Shown one piece after another: positions 29,947-39,006 of a stretch of DNA of 64,000 nt. The notes under the pieces were generated by a model, which did no database searches, was not told where the DNA came from, and saw only the letters and a program-made list of their open reading frames with translations. Position 1 is the stretch's first letter. Each line of letters begins with the position of its first letter. The translations under genes were made by a program, and so were the position numbers. This stretch comes from an uncultured Actinomycetota bacterium (GTDB taxonomy: Bacteria > Actinomycetota > Actinomycetes > Mycobacteriales > SCTD01). The stretch is taken from the NCBI GenBank assembly GCA_963815615.1, contig CAWFHF010000006.1, positions 135,870-199,869 on the forward strand, given 5' to 3'.

Positions 29947-31098
29947 GGCGTGCGACGGCCGCGGCCGCCCTGCTCGTGCTCCCGGCCTGCGCCGGCGGGG
30001 GAGAGCCTGCCGGCGACGCCGCGCTGGTCGTCGTCAGCGCCCCCCTGACGGGCCAGCCGTGGGTGGGCCGCAACGTCGAGCGGGGTGCCCGGCTGGCCGC
30101 GCAGCAGGCCGACGGCCGGGTGCGGCTCGAGGTGCTCGACAACGGCGGGTCGCCGCAGCGCGCGGCCGCCCACGCGCGGCAGGCGGTCGAGCAGGGGGCG
30201 GCGGTGCTCGTGACGGACGGCGTGGGGGCCGCCGCCGTCGCCGAGGTCACCGACCCGGCCCGGCTCCCGGTCTTCGTCGTCTTCGAGGGCGGCGGCTCCT
30301 TCATCGACCCGCAGGAGAACCCGTCGCTGTTCCGGCTGGCCCCTGCCGACCGGCCCATGACCCGGCGCCTCGCCGACTACCTGTCCGAGAAGGCCGACCT
30401 GGTGGCGGTGATCGCGGACGACTCCTCCTACGGCCGCGAGGGGGCGGACGCCGTGGCCGCCGGCCTTCGCCCGCAACGAGGTCACCGTGACCAGCCGGCA
30501 GAGCGTGCCCGCGGGCTCGTCCGACGTCGCCGCGCAGGTGCTGGCCGCCCGGCGCAGCGGCGCGCGGCTGCTGGTGGTGTGGGCGCGGGCCGAGGGCGTG
30601 GCGGCCGTCGTGCGGGCGGCCCGCCAGTCCGGCTGGGACGTCCCGGTCTGGGCCGGGCCCACCGCCGAGGACCCCCTGGTGCGCCGGCAGCTGGCCGACC
30701 ACCCCGAGTGGGTCGACGGCCTGGGCTTCGTCAGCTTCCGGATCACCAGCGAGGTCGGCCCGGAGCCCTTCGCGGAGTACCGGGCGGCCTACGAGGCCGA
30801 GCACGGGCAGGAGGAGGTCGGCGTCGGGGACGTCGTCCAGCCGCCCGACTGGTCCATGTACTCCTACGACGCCGTCGTGCTCACCCTGGCGGCCCTGGAC
30901 GCGGGCGGCCCGCTGCTGGAGGCGCTGGAGCGGACCGTGGTCACGGGGGCGAACGGTGACGAGCGCGGCTTCGGCCCGGCCGACCGCGAGGGGGTCAGCC
31001 CGGACGACATGGCCTTCGCCCGCTTCGGCCGCGACTTCCGCTTCACCCCCGTCGACGACGACGTGCTCAGTCGCGACCTGCCGCCGGTGGAGCAGTAG
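29943..31098 (+). pseudogene. ABC transporter substrate-binding lipoprotein (Leu/Ile/Val-binding family); frame break near 30470
   Basis: GTG at 29943 (GTGA overlap). Lipobox LLVLPACAG. The N-lobe is in ORF 29187..30959 and the C-lobe is ORF 30487..31098. Confidence 0.8.
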
Positions 31099-31100
31099 CG

Positions 31101-31784
31101 GTGTGCGGCCGCTACGCCAGCGGGCGTGACCCGCGCGACCTGCAGAGCCACTTCTCGGTCGAGGAGCCGCCCGAGGAGGTGCTGCCCCCGCGGTACAACG
31201 TCGCCCCGACCGACCCCGTGTACGGCGTGCTGGAGCGCGGCGGCGTCCGGGCGCTGCGGGTGCTGCGCTGGGGGCTGGTGCCGAGCTGGGCGAAGGACGC
31301 CAAGGGCGGCGCCCGGCTCATCAACGCCCGCCGCGAGACGGTGACCGAGAAGCCCGCGTTCCGGGCCGCCTACGCGCGCCGCCGCTGCCTGCTGCCGGCC
31401 GACGGCTACTACGAGTGGCAGAAGACCGACGGCGGCAAGCAGCCCTGGTACCTGTCCAGCCGGGACGGGACGCCGCTGGCGATGGCCGGGCTGTACGAGG
31501 TGTGGGGCGAGGGCGAGACGCGCCTGTGGACCTGCACCGTGATCACGACGGACGCCGCCGACGAGCACGGCGACATCCACGACCGCACCCCGCTGCTCGT
31601 CCCGCAGCAGGACTGGGCGCGCTGGCTCGACCCCGACGTCGAGGACCCCGGGCAGGACCTGCTGGTCCCGGGGACGCCCGGGGTGCTGCAGGCGTGGCCG
31701 GTCGGGGCGGCCGTCGGGAACGTCCGCAACGACGGGCCGGAGCTGACGGCGCCGCTGCGCGAGGACCCGCAGACGCTCTTCTAG
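31101..31784 (+). CDS. SOS response-associated peptidase (SRAP/YedK family abasic-site processing protein)
   Basis: Intact 227-aa ORF with N-terminal MCGRY, plus RYNVAPT, RWGLVPSW, INARRET and PADGYYEW. Confidence 0.9.
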   Translation: MCGRYASGRDPRDLQSHFSVEEPPEEVLPPRYNVAPTDPVYGVLERGGVRALRVLRWGLVPSWAKDAKGGARLINARRETVTEKPAFRAAYARRRCLLPADGYYEWQKTDGGKQPWYLSSRDGTPLAMAGLYEVWGEGETRLWTCTVITTDAADEHGDIHDRTPLLVPQQDWARWLDPDVEDPGQDLLVPGTPGVLQAWPVGAAVGNVRNDGPELTAPLREDPQTLF

Positions 31785-33025
31785 CTGACCCTCCACAGGC
31801 CGGCGGCGCCCGCGAGCACCAGCAGCCCGGCGAGCCCGGCGAGCGCGATCGCCGCCGGGCGCGGGGTCAACGGCACCGCGGCCGCGACGGCGGCGGGCGC
31901 CGGCAGCAGGCCCCACCGGTAGACCGTGCTCCCGGTGCCCGGCAGGTCGGCGCCGAGGTAGGGCGAGTAGGAGGCGGCGCGGGCACCGGACGCGGCGACG
32001 TCGACCAGGAGGTCCAGCGCGGCCCGGCGCTCGGCCTGCGGCGGGCCCGCCTCGGCCCAGGCCCGCCACGACGCCGCGCCGCCCGGCGGCACCAGCGGAC
32101 GCGGGTCGAGGGCGGGGACGGCCTTCAGGTCCAGGCCGAGGGCTCCGGCGGCGGGGACGTCGACCGTGAAGACCGCCTCCCCCGTGGTCAGGGTGCCGGC
32201 CAGCGCGGCGCCGTCGGGCAGGGTCGTCGTGCCGGGGCCGCGGACGGTGGCGCCCGGGGCGGTGAGCCGGCCGGTGACCCGCAGGGGGACCGCGCGGACG
32301 CCGGCCCGCTCGGCCACCGGGCCGGCGTCCAGGGCGGCCGGGAGCCCGGCGCCGGCGGTGGGCGGGCGGGGGCCGGGAGCGGCGGCGGCCCGGCGCAGCG
32401 CGTCCAGCGGCGGGGCCAGCGCGGCAGCGGGGGCGTCCGCGGCGGTCGGCAGCACCGCGGGCTGGGCGGTCTGCGCGGTCAGCCGGACCGTGACGGTCCC
32501 CGGGCCGGGGATCCCGCCCTGCGGGCCGAGCGGCCGGGACGCCCCGCCGGTCTCCGGGACGAACGACACGTCGACCGCCAGCGGCAGCCGCGGGGCCTCC
32601 AGCACCGGGTCGAGGGTGAGCAGGGCGGCCAGGTCGCGGGTGCCGGGGGAGAACCCCTGCCAGACCACGGCGCCGGACTTGGTCACCGGCGGCGGCTCCT
32701 CGCCGAGCGCCAGCGCCGCGCGGGCCGGGCCGCGCTCGCGCACCTGGTAGTCGCCCTGCCCGGTCAGCCCGAGCCGCTGCTCCACCTGCACCCGCTCGAC
32801 GCCGTCCGGCCCGAGCCCGACCCGCACCACCTCGTCGTTGCGCACCGGTCCCGGCACGACGCTGCGCAGCACCCGGTCGGGACGGGCCCCGACGTCGTCG
32901 AGCAGGTCGGACACCTCGACGCTGCCGGGCGCGGGCAGCCGCAGGACGTCGGCGCGGGCCGCCGGGGCGGGCGCGGCGGCCAGGCCCAGCACGACGAGCA
33001 CCAGCCCTGCCGCCCGCGCGCGCAC
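31781..33025 (-). CDS. Secreted protein with C-terminal TM anchor, unknown function
   Basis: Intact 414-aa ORF. Signal peptide MRARAAGLVLVVLGLAAAPAPAARA; C-terminal hydrophobic AAIALAGLAGLLVLAGAAGLW. No family recognised. Confidence 0.6.
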   Translation of the reverse strand: MRARAAGLVLVVLGLAAAPAPAARADVLRLPAPGSVEVSDLLDDVGARPDRVLRSVVPGPVRNDEVVRVGLGPDGVERVQVEQRLGLTGQGDYQVRERGPARAALALGEEPPPVTKSGAVVWQGFSPGTRDLAALLTLDPVLEAPRLPLAVDVSFVPETGGASRPLGPQGGIPGPGTVTVRLTAQTAQPAVLPTAADAPAAALAPPLDALRRAAAAPGPRPPTAGAGLPAALDAGPVAERAGVRAVPLRVTGRLTAPGATVRGPGTTTLPDGAALAGTLTTGEAVFTVDVPAAGALGLDLKAVPALDPRPLVPPGGAASWRAWAEAGPPQAERRAALDLLVDVAASGARAASYSPYLGADLPGTGSTVYRWGLLPAPAAVAAAVPLTPRPAAIALAGLAGLLVLAGAAGLWRVS

Positions 33026-33093
33026 GCCCTCAGGCTAGGGCCGGGCGACAGGGGGTAGGGGCTGCGCGACGTCCACCTCTGGAGGAGCACCCC

Positions 33094-33453
33094 GTGACCA
33101 CGGCCAGCCACGACACCGCCCGCACCCGGCTCGAGCAGACCCTCGCCGAGCTCGACAGCGCGACCGCGACGCTCAAGGACGAGGGCGCCGGGGAGACCAG
33201 CGAGCTCAGCCACATCACGCAGCACCCGGGCGACGTCGGCACCGAGGTCGCCGACAACGACCGCGAGATCGCCCTGCTCGAGGCGGGGGCGACGCAGCGC
33301 GAGCAGGTCGTGGCCGCCCTCGCCCGGCTCGACGACGGCACCTACGGCACCTGCGTCGACTGCGGGCAGCCCATCGCGCCGGAGCGGCTGGAGGCGCGCC
33401 CCGAGGTCTCCCGCTGCCTGGAGGACCAGCAGAAGGCCGAAGCCCGGGCCTGA
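33094..33453 (+). CDS. DksA/TraR-family C4 zinc-finger protein
   Basis: Intact 119-aa ORF with a coiled-coil N-terminus and CVDCGQPI..RPEVSRC. GGAGGAG sits upstream of the GTG. Confidence 0.85.
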   Translation: MTTASHDTARTRLEQTLAELDSATATLKDEGAGETSELSHITQHPGDVGTEVADNDREIALLEAGATQREQVVAALARLDDGTYGTCVDCGQPIAPERLEARPEVSRCLEDQQKAEARA

Positions 33454-33463
33454 CCGTCCTGCT

Positions 33464-33495
33464 GCCGGCCCCCGCCCCTCGGGACGGGGGCCGGC
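33464..33495. terminator. Hairpin (11-bp stem GCCGGCCCCCG/CGGGGGCCGGC) between convergent genes
   Basis: Read directly, 10 nt after the dksA-like stop and 8 nt before the methyltransferase stop. Confidence 0.5.
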
Positions 33496-33502
33496 GTGCG
33501 TC

Positions 33503-34273
33503 TCAGGCCGGGCGGCGGGCGCTGGCGACCAGGTGCAGGCCGCCGGCCTCGCCCTCGCGCTCGGCGGCCAGCGTCAGCTCCGAGCGCACCAGCGTCGCCA
33601 GCGCGGCCTCGCCGCCCTGCTCGACGGCGCGCTCGACCGCGGCGGGGGACAGGACGCTGCGCGGCCGCACCCACTCGACCTCCAGCCCGACGGCGTCCAG
33701 CAGCGCGGTCACCTCGCCGGGGAAGAAGCAGCGGGTGATGCCCCCGTCGGGGTCGTCGGCCTCGGCGGGCACCAGGACGACGTCGGCCTGCGGCACGTCG
33801 GCGAGCTCGGCCCAGCGGCCCTGCCCGGCCAGCCGGGCGAGCCCGGTGGTGAGGGAGTCGACGACGAGCAGCAGCCGTCCGCCGGGCCGCAGCACCCGGG
33901 ACAGGTCCGACGCCGTCACCTCGGTGGCCAGGCACATCGACAGGGCGCGGCCCTCGGCGAGCACCGCGTCGACGCTGCCGTCGGCCAGGAACGCCAGCGA
34001 GCGCCGGTCGGCGAGCACGGGCACCACCCGGCCGGGGCCCTCGTGGGACAGCTCGAGCTCCTCGACCCGCTCCCGGACCTGGACCACCTCGTGCCCGGCG
34101 AGGACCAGCTGGCCGGCGAACAGCGAGCGCTCGCCCGACAGGTCGAGCACCCGGCTGGGGGCGGCCGGGGCCCAGGCGGCCACCTGCGCCGCCGCGACCC
34201 GGTCGTAGAAGCGCCAGTACGCCGAGCCGGCGTCGGGGAGGAGGGCCGGTGCAGGGGCCCGGGAGGAGCTCAC
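33503..34273 (-). CDS. Class I SAM-dependent methyltransferase
   Basis: ORF 33503..34822 with GTG at 34273. Contains RVLDLSGE..GHEVVQV and LRPGGRLLLVV. Confidence 0.8.
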   Translation of the reverse strand: MSSSRAPAPALLPDAGSAYWRFYDRVAAAQVAAWAPAAPSRVLDLSGERSLFAGQLVLAGHEVVQVRERVEELELSHEGPGRVVPVLADRRSLAFLADGSVDAVLAEGRALSMCLATEVTASDLSRVLRPGGRLLLVVDSLTTGLARLAGQGRWAELADVPQADVVLVPAEADDPDGGITRCFFPGEVTALLDAVGLEVEWVRPRSVLSPAAVERAVEQGGEAALATLVRSELTLAAEREGEAGGLHLVASARRPA

Positions 34274-34282
34274 GGCCCTACC

Positions 34283-34899
34283 GTGCCCCGTGTGCAACAC
34301 ACCCGCACCTGCGCGACGCCGTCGGGTGCGGCCCGGGTGCACCTCGAGGGGGTTCCCGGCCGGCTGCTGGTGCTCGGTCACGGGGCCGGCGGCGGGGTCG
34401 ACGCCCCCGACCTGCTCGCCGCGCGCGACGCCGCGCTCGCCCTGGGCTGGGGGGTGGCCCGGGTGGAGCAGCCCTGGCGGGTGGCCGGGCGCCGGGTGGC
34501 GGAGGCCCCGCCGCGGCTGGACGCCGCCTGGCTGGCGGTGCTGGGCGACGCTGGAGCGCGACGTGCTCGTCGTCGGGGGGCGCAGCGCGGGCGCCCGGGT
34601 GGCCTGCCGGACGGCGACCGCCACCGGCGCCGCGGGGGTGCTCGCGCTCGCCTTCCCGCTGGTCGCGCCGAACGGCCGCAGCCGGGAGGCGGAGCTGGCG
34701 CTGCCGGCCGTCCCGGTGCGCGTGGTGCAGGGCGGGCGCGACCCCTTCGGCGTCCCGCCGGGGGCGCACGTCGTCGACGGCGCGGACCACGGGTTCGCCG
34801 TGCGCAGGAAGGACGGCCGCACCGCCGAGGACGTCGCCGCCGAGGTGCGCGCGGCCGTGGCGGCGTCCTGTCCGGCTCGAGCCAGGCCGGCGGGCTTAG
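34283..34899 (+). pseudogene. Alpha/beta hydrolase (KANL3/Tex30 / dienelactone-hydrolase-like); frame break near 34545 and unresolved 3' end
   Basis: LLVLGHGAGGGVDAPDLL is in ORF 33533..34906. VVGGRSAGARVA (GxSxG), QGGRDPFG and DGADHGF are in ORF 34290..35366. Confidence 0.6.
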
Positions 34900-35556
34900 A
34901 CGCTGACGTAGACCTCGGCGGCGACGCTGCTGGACAGCCGGACGTCGGCGCCGTCGACGTCGAGGGCGAGGACGCCGTCGTCGAGCTCGCCGACCCGGAC
35001 CAGCTGGCCGGGCAGCAGGCGCGCGTCGTGGAGCTCCTGCATGCGCGGGACGAGGGTCTGCAGGTGCTCGTCGATGCGGCGCACCGTGCAGGTCGAGCCG
35101 GTGGTGACGGTCGACAGCGCCTGCAGCGGCCCGGTCTCGACGATGTTGGCCGAACCGGGGATGGGGCTGCCGTGCGGGCACGCGCCGGGGTCGCCGAGCA
35201 GGGCGACGAGGTGGCGCTCGAGGTTGTCGCTGATGGCGTGCTCGAGCCGGCAGGCCTCGTCGTGCACCTGCGGCCACGGGACCTTGAGGACCTCCACGAG
35301 CAGCACCTCGGCCAGCCGGTGCTTGCGCAGCATCGAGGTGGCGTAGGCCCGGCCGGTGCTCGGTGAGGCGCAGCACGCGGTCGGCGTCGACGACCAGGTA
35401 GCCCTCGCGCTCGAGCCGCTTGACGGTCTCGCTGACGGCGGGCGCGGACACCCCGAGGCGCTCCACGATCCGGGCCCGCAGCGGGACGATGCCGGCCTCC
35501 TCGAGCTCGAGCACGGTCTCGAGGTACTGCTCGACCGCGGGGTGGTGGCCGTCCAT
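34896..35556 (-). pseudogene. ideR: DtxR/IdeR-family metal-dependent transcriptional regulator with C-terminal SH3-like (FeoA) domain; one frame break near 35350
   Basis: MDGHHPAVEQYLETVLELEEAGIVPLRARIVERLGVSAPAVSETVKRLEREGYL is in ORF 34378..35661. MLRKHRLAEVLLVEVL..HDEACRLEHAIS..CPHGSPIP and the SH3-like tail are in ORF 34896..35882. Confidence 0.85.
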
Positions 35557-35595
35557 CGCGCGCAGCCTACGGCGCAGGGGGCCCCGCGACGGGCG

Positions 35596-35622
35596 GGAAT
35601 CGGCGGTCGCCGCGGCGGTGTT
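35596..35622 (+). promoter_or_regulatory. Candidate SigH/SigR-type promoter GGAAT-N19-GTT
   Basis: GGAAT at 35596-35600 and GTT at 35620-35622, oriented toward sigH. About 285 nt upstream of the predicted start, so it is speculative. Confidence 0.25.
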
Positions 35623-35905
35623 GGAGCAGGTGTCGCAGGCCGCTCCCCGCGGGCCGGGCACGAACGCGGCACGGACGACCCGAGGAGCCCCATGCCCAGC
35701 GCACGCCTCCGCCGCGCCAGCGCGGCCGACCGCCCGGCCGACCCGGCCGGCGGCCCGTCCCGGAGCCCGCTCCGCGCCGCGCGGCGTCCGGCTGGTGCCC
35801 GTCGGCTCCGGGCCGCCGCCGGAGCCGCCGACGAGCAGGGAGGCGCCGTCCGCGTAGGATCAGGGGCTGCCACGGCGCGCACCGCGTCGGCAGGACGCGG
35901 GGACG

Positions 35906-36515
35906 GTGAGCGGTATCAGCGGGAGCGTCGAGGGAGACGAGCGAGCAGCGCAGGGCGCGGTTCGAGCGTGACGCTCTGCCGTTCCTGGACCAGCTCTACG
36001 CCGCGGCGATGCGCATGACGCGCAACCCGTCCGACGCCGAGGACCTCGTCCAGGAGACGTTCGTCAAGGCGTTCGCGGCCTTCCACCAGTTCCAGGAGGG
36101 CACCAACCTCAAGGCCTGGCTGTACCGCATCCTCACCAACACGTTCATCAACACCTACCGCAAGAAGCAGCGGCAGCCGCAGCAGAGCCCGACCGAGCAG
36201 ATCGAGGACTGGCAGCTCGCGGCCGCCGAGGGGCACACCTCCTCCGGGCTCAAGAGCGCCGAGACCGAGGCCCTCGACCACCTGCCGGACTCCGACGTCA
36301 AGCAGGCCCTGCAGGCGCTGCCCGAGGACTTCCGCATGGCGGTCTACCTCGCCGACGTCGAGGGGTTCTCCTACAAGGAGATCGCCGAGATCATGGGCAC
36401 CCCGATCGGCACCGTGATGTCGCGGCTGCACCGCGGCCGCCGGGGTCTGCGCACCACGCTGGCCGACTACGCCGTCGAGCGCGGCCTGGTGAAGACCGCG
36501 GAGCAGCCGTCATGA
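35906..36515 (+). CDS. sigH: ECF sigma factor SigH/SigR orthologue (apparent frame break near 35940 at the 5' end)
   Basis: ORF 36009..36515 closely resembles mycobacterial SigH ([85 protein letters not shown]). The conserved [14 protein letters not shown] lies in frame upstream with no start codon. GTG at 35906 is in another frame. Confidence 0.85.
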
Positions 36516-36543
36516 GCCGCTCCTCGGACGTGGCGGTGACGTC

Positions 36544-36828
36544 ATGAGCTGCGGGGACCCGCACGAGACGCCCTGCAGCGAGGTGCTGGAGGCGGTCTAC
36601 CTCTACCTCGACGGCGAGCAGGACGGCACCGGCCGCGACAAGGTGCGCATCCACCTCGACGAGTGCGCGCCCTGCCTGCGCCAGTACGGGCTCGAGCAGG
36701 CCGTGAAGTCGCTGGTCGCCCGCTGCTGCGGCAACGACCCCGCGCCGGTCGACCTGCGCGACCGGGTGCTGCTGCGCATCCAGCAGGTCCGCGTCGAGAT
36801 CGACCAGGTCGAGTACCGGGCGGAGTGA
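36544..36828 (+). CDS. rshA: Anti-sigma factor RshA/RsrA (ZAS, redox-sensing)
   Basis: Intact 94-aa ORF with C..HLDECAPC (HxxxCxxC), directly downstream of sigH. Confidence 0.9.
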   Translation: MSCGDPHETPCSEVLEAVYLYLDGEQDGTGRDKVRIHLDECAPCLRQYGLEQAVKSLVARCCGNDPAPVDLRDRVLLRIQQVRVEIDQVEYRAE

Positions 36829-36846
36829 GCCCCTAACGTCTCCGCC

Positions 36847-37828
36847 ATGAGCTGGCTGGTGACGGGTGGGGCGGGCTACATCGGCGCGCACGTGGTGCGG
36901 GCGATGGTGGCCGACGGCCTGGAGGTCGTGGCGGTCGACGACCTGTCCACCGGCGACGCCTCGCGGGTCGACCCGGGCGCGACCCTCGTCGAGGGCTCGG
37001 TGCTGGACCGCGGCCTGGTCCGGCGGGTGCTGCGCGAGCACGCCGTCAGCGGGGTCGTGCACATCGCGGCCAAGAAGCAGGTCGGGGAGTCGGTCGCCGA
37101 CCCGCTGCTGCTACTGGCACGAGAACCTGGGCGGGCTGGTGAGCCTGCTGTCGGCGTGCCAGGACAAGGGTGTCGACAAGGTCGTCTTCTCCTCCAGCTC
37201 GGCCACCTACGGCATGCCCGACGTCGACCTCGTGACCGAGGACGTCGAGGGCAGCCCGCTGTCGCCGTACGGCATGACCAAGAAGGTCGGCGAGCAGGTG
37301 CTGCGCGACTGCGACACCGCCTTCGGCCTGCGCACGATGCACCTGCGCTACTTCAACGTGGCGGGGGCGGCGACGCCCGAGCTCGGCGACGTCGGCGTGT
37401 TCAACCTCATCCCGATGGTGTTCGAGCGGCTGGAGGCCGGGGAGCGCCCGCGGGTCTTCGGCGCCGACTACCCGACGCCGGACGGCACCTGCATCCGCGA
37501 CTACGTCCACGTCGCCGACATCGCCGCCGCCCACCTCGCCGCGGCGCGGGCGCTGGAGGGCGGGGCGCCGAGCGCGGCCTACAACATCGGGCGCGGCGAG
37601 GGCTCCAGCGTGCTGGAGGTGATCGACATGGTGGGCAGGGTGACCGGCAGGGACGTCGCCCACGAGGTCCTCGACCGGCGGCCCGGCGACCCCGCCCGGA
37701 TCGTCGCCGCGGTCGACCGCATCCGCGAGGGGCTGGGGTTCGAGGCGACGCACGACCTGCGGCGCATGGTCGAGAGCGCCTGGGCCGGCTGGCGGCTGCG
37801 CCACCCGGAGACGGCGCCGCGGCCGTGA
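36847..37828 (+). pseudogene. galE: UDP-glucose 4-epimerase; one frame break near 37110
   Basis: WLVTGGAGYIGAHVV..HIAAKKQVGESVADPLL is in ORF 36847..38697. YWHENLGGLVSLL..SSSSATYG..YGMTKK..LRYFNVAGA continues in ORF 36866..37828. Confidence 0.85.
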
Positions 37829-38697
37829 TGCGCGTCGCGTCGCTGCACCGCTTCCCGGTCAAGTCGATGCTGGGCGAGGAGCTGGTCGAGGCCGTCGTGT
37901 CCGAGCGCGGACTGCTCGGCGACCGCGGCTACGCGCTGGTCGACGCCGCGGACGGCACCGTCGCGAGCGCCAAGCACCCGCGCAAGTGGAGCGCGCTGCT
38001 CGGCATGTCGGCCCGCTACGTCGACGAGCCGCAGGCCGGCGCGCCGCTGCCCCCGGTCGCCGTCACGCTGGCCGACGGGAGCGTGCTGCGCAGCGACGAC
38101 CCCGGCACGGACGCCGCGCTGTCCGGCGTGCTCGGCCGCGAGGTCCGGCTGACGAGCGACCCGCCGCCCGGCAGCCGCTTCGAGGAGCAGTGGCCGGCCT
38201 TCGAGGGCCTCGCCCCGGCCGACTTCATCGCCCGCACCACGACCTCGCACGAGGGCGACGAGCCGGTGAGCACCATCGACCTCGGCCTGCTCGCCCCGCC
38301 GGGCACCTTCTTCGACCTCGCCGTCCTGCACGTCCTGACGACGTCGACGCTCGCCACGCTGTCGGCGCTGACCCCCGGGCCCGCCTACGACGTGCTGCGC
38401 TACCGCCCGAACGTGCTGCTCGACGGCGCCCCGGACGGGTTCGCCGAGGACGCCTGGACCGGCCGCGAGCTCGCCCTCGGCGAGGAGGTCCGGGCGGCGG
38501 TGAGCATGCCGACCATGCGCTGCGTCATGACGACGCTCGGCCAGGGCGAGCTGCCCGAGGACCGCGACACCCTGCGCGGGATCGCGAAGCACCACCGGGT
38601 CGAGATCCCCGGCTTCGGGACGTGGGCCTGCGCCGGTGCCTACGCCGGGGTCACCGCCGGGGGCGTGCTGCGCACCGGCGACGCCGCCTCGGTCTGA
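37828..38697 (+). CDS. MOSC domain-containing protein
   Basis: ATG at 37828 overlaps the galE stop (TGATG). MRVASLHRFPVKSMLGE..YRPNVLLDG..RCVMTT in the frame of ORF 36847..38697. Confidence 0.85.
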   Translation: MRVASLHRFPVKSMLGEELVEAVVSERGLLGDRGYALVDAADGTVASAKHPRKWSALLGMSARYVDEPQAGAPLPPVAVTLADGSVLRSDDPGTDAALSGVLGREVRLTSDPPPGSRFEEQWPAFEGLAPADFIARTTTSHEGDEPVSTIDLGLLAPPGTFFDLAVLHVLTTSTLATLSALTPGPAYDVLRYRPNVLLDGAPDGFAEDAWTGRELALGEEVRAAVSMPTMRCVMTTLGQGELPEDRDTLRGIAKHHRVEIPGFGTWACAGAYAGVTAGGVLRTGDAASV

Positions 38698-38723
38698 CGC
38701 GCTCGGCAGGCCCGGGACGCACG

Positions 38724-38755
38724 CGAGCCCCCGACCAGCGGTGGTCGGGGGCTCG
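38724..38755. terminator. Hairpin with 14-bp perfect stem (CGAGCCCCCGACCA / TGGTCGGGGGCTCG) and 4-nt loop; bidirectional terminator candidate
   Basis: Read directly, between the convergent MOSC gene and the bL37 gene. Confidence 0.55.
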
Positions 38756-38788
38756 TCGCGTGGTGCTGGTGCTGGTGCTGCTGCTGGT

Positions 38789-38863
38789 CTAGGCGTTCGG
38801 GCGCTTGCCGTGGTTCGCGGCGTTCTTCTTGCGCGCACGGCGCTTGCGGCCTCGCTTGGCCAT
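38789..38863 (-). CDS. Actinobacterial small basic ribosomal protein bL37-like (24 aa, MAKRGRKRRARKKNAANHGKRPNA)
   Basis: Translated by eye; too short for the ORF track. ATG at 38863 is preceded by GAGGAGG, and TAG is at 38789-38791. The sequence pattern matches the conserved K/R-rich ..ANHGKRPN micro-protein of Actinobacteria. Confidence 0.7.
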   Translation of the reverse strand: MAKRGRKRRARKKNAANHGKRPNA

Positions 38864-38884
38864 GAGGTCCTCCTCGGTCGGCTC

Positions 38885-38914
38885 TTGACGTCGAGGGCAA
38901 GGGTTGCACACAAT
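38885..38914 (+). promoter_or_regulatory. Candidate housekeeping-type promoter TTGACG-N18-CACAAT upstream of hsp20
   Basis: Read directly. It lies in one of the lowest-GC stretches of the window, about 90 nt upstream of the hsp20 ATG. Confidence 0.3.
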
Positions 38915-39006
38915 CGGAGGTGAGCGCTGGGGGCTCAAGGAGCCGCACAGCGCTCCGAGCAGGTACACCCACCGATCAGCACGAGCACAGCAGGAGAGTG
39001 AGCACG

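Noticed and set aside
38885-38945. HspR operator (HAIR, CTTGAGT-N7-ACTCAAG) or ROSE-type thermometer at hsp20
   Set aside because: CTTGACG..CAAG and a lone CTCAAG are present, but no properly spaced inverted HAIR repeat exists. The leader hairpin does not pair with the Shine-Dalgarno.
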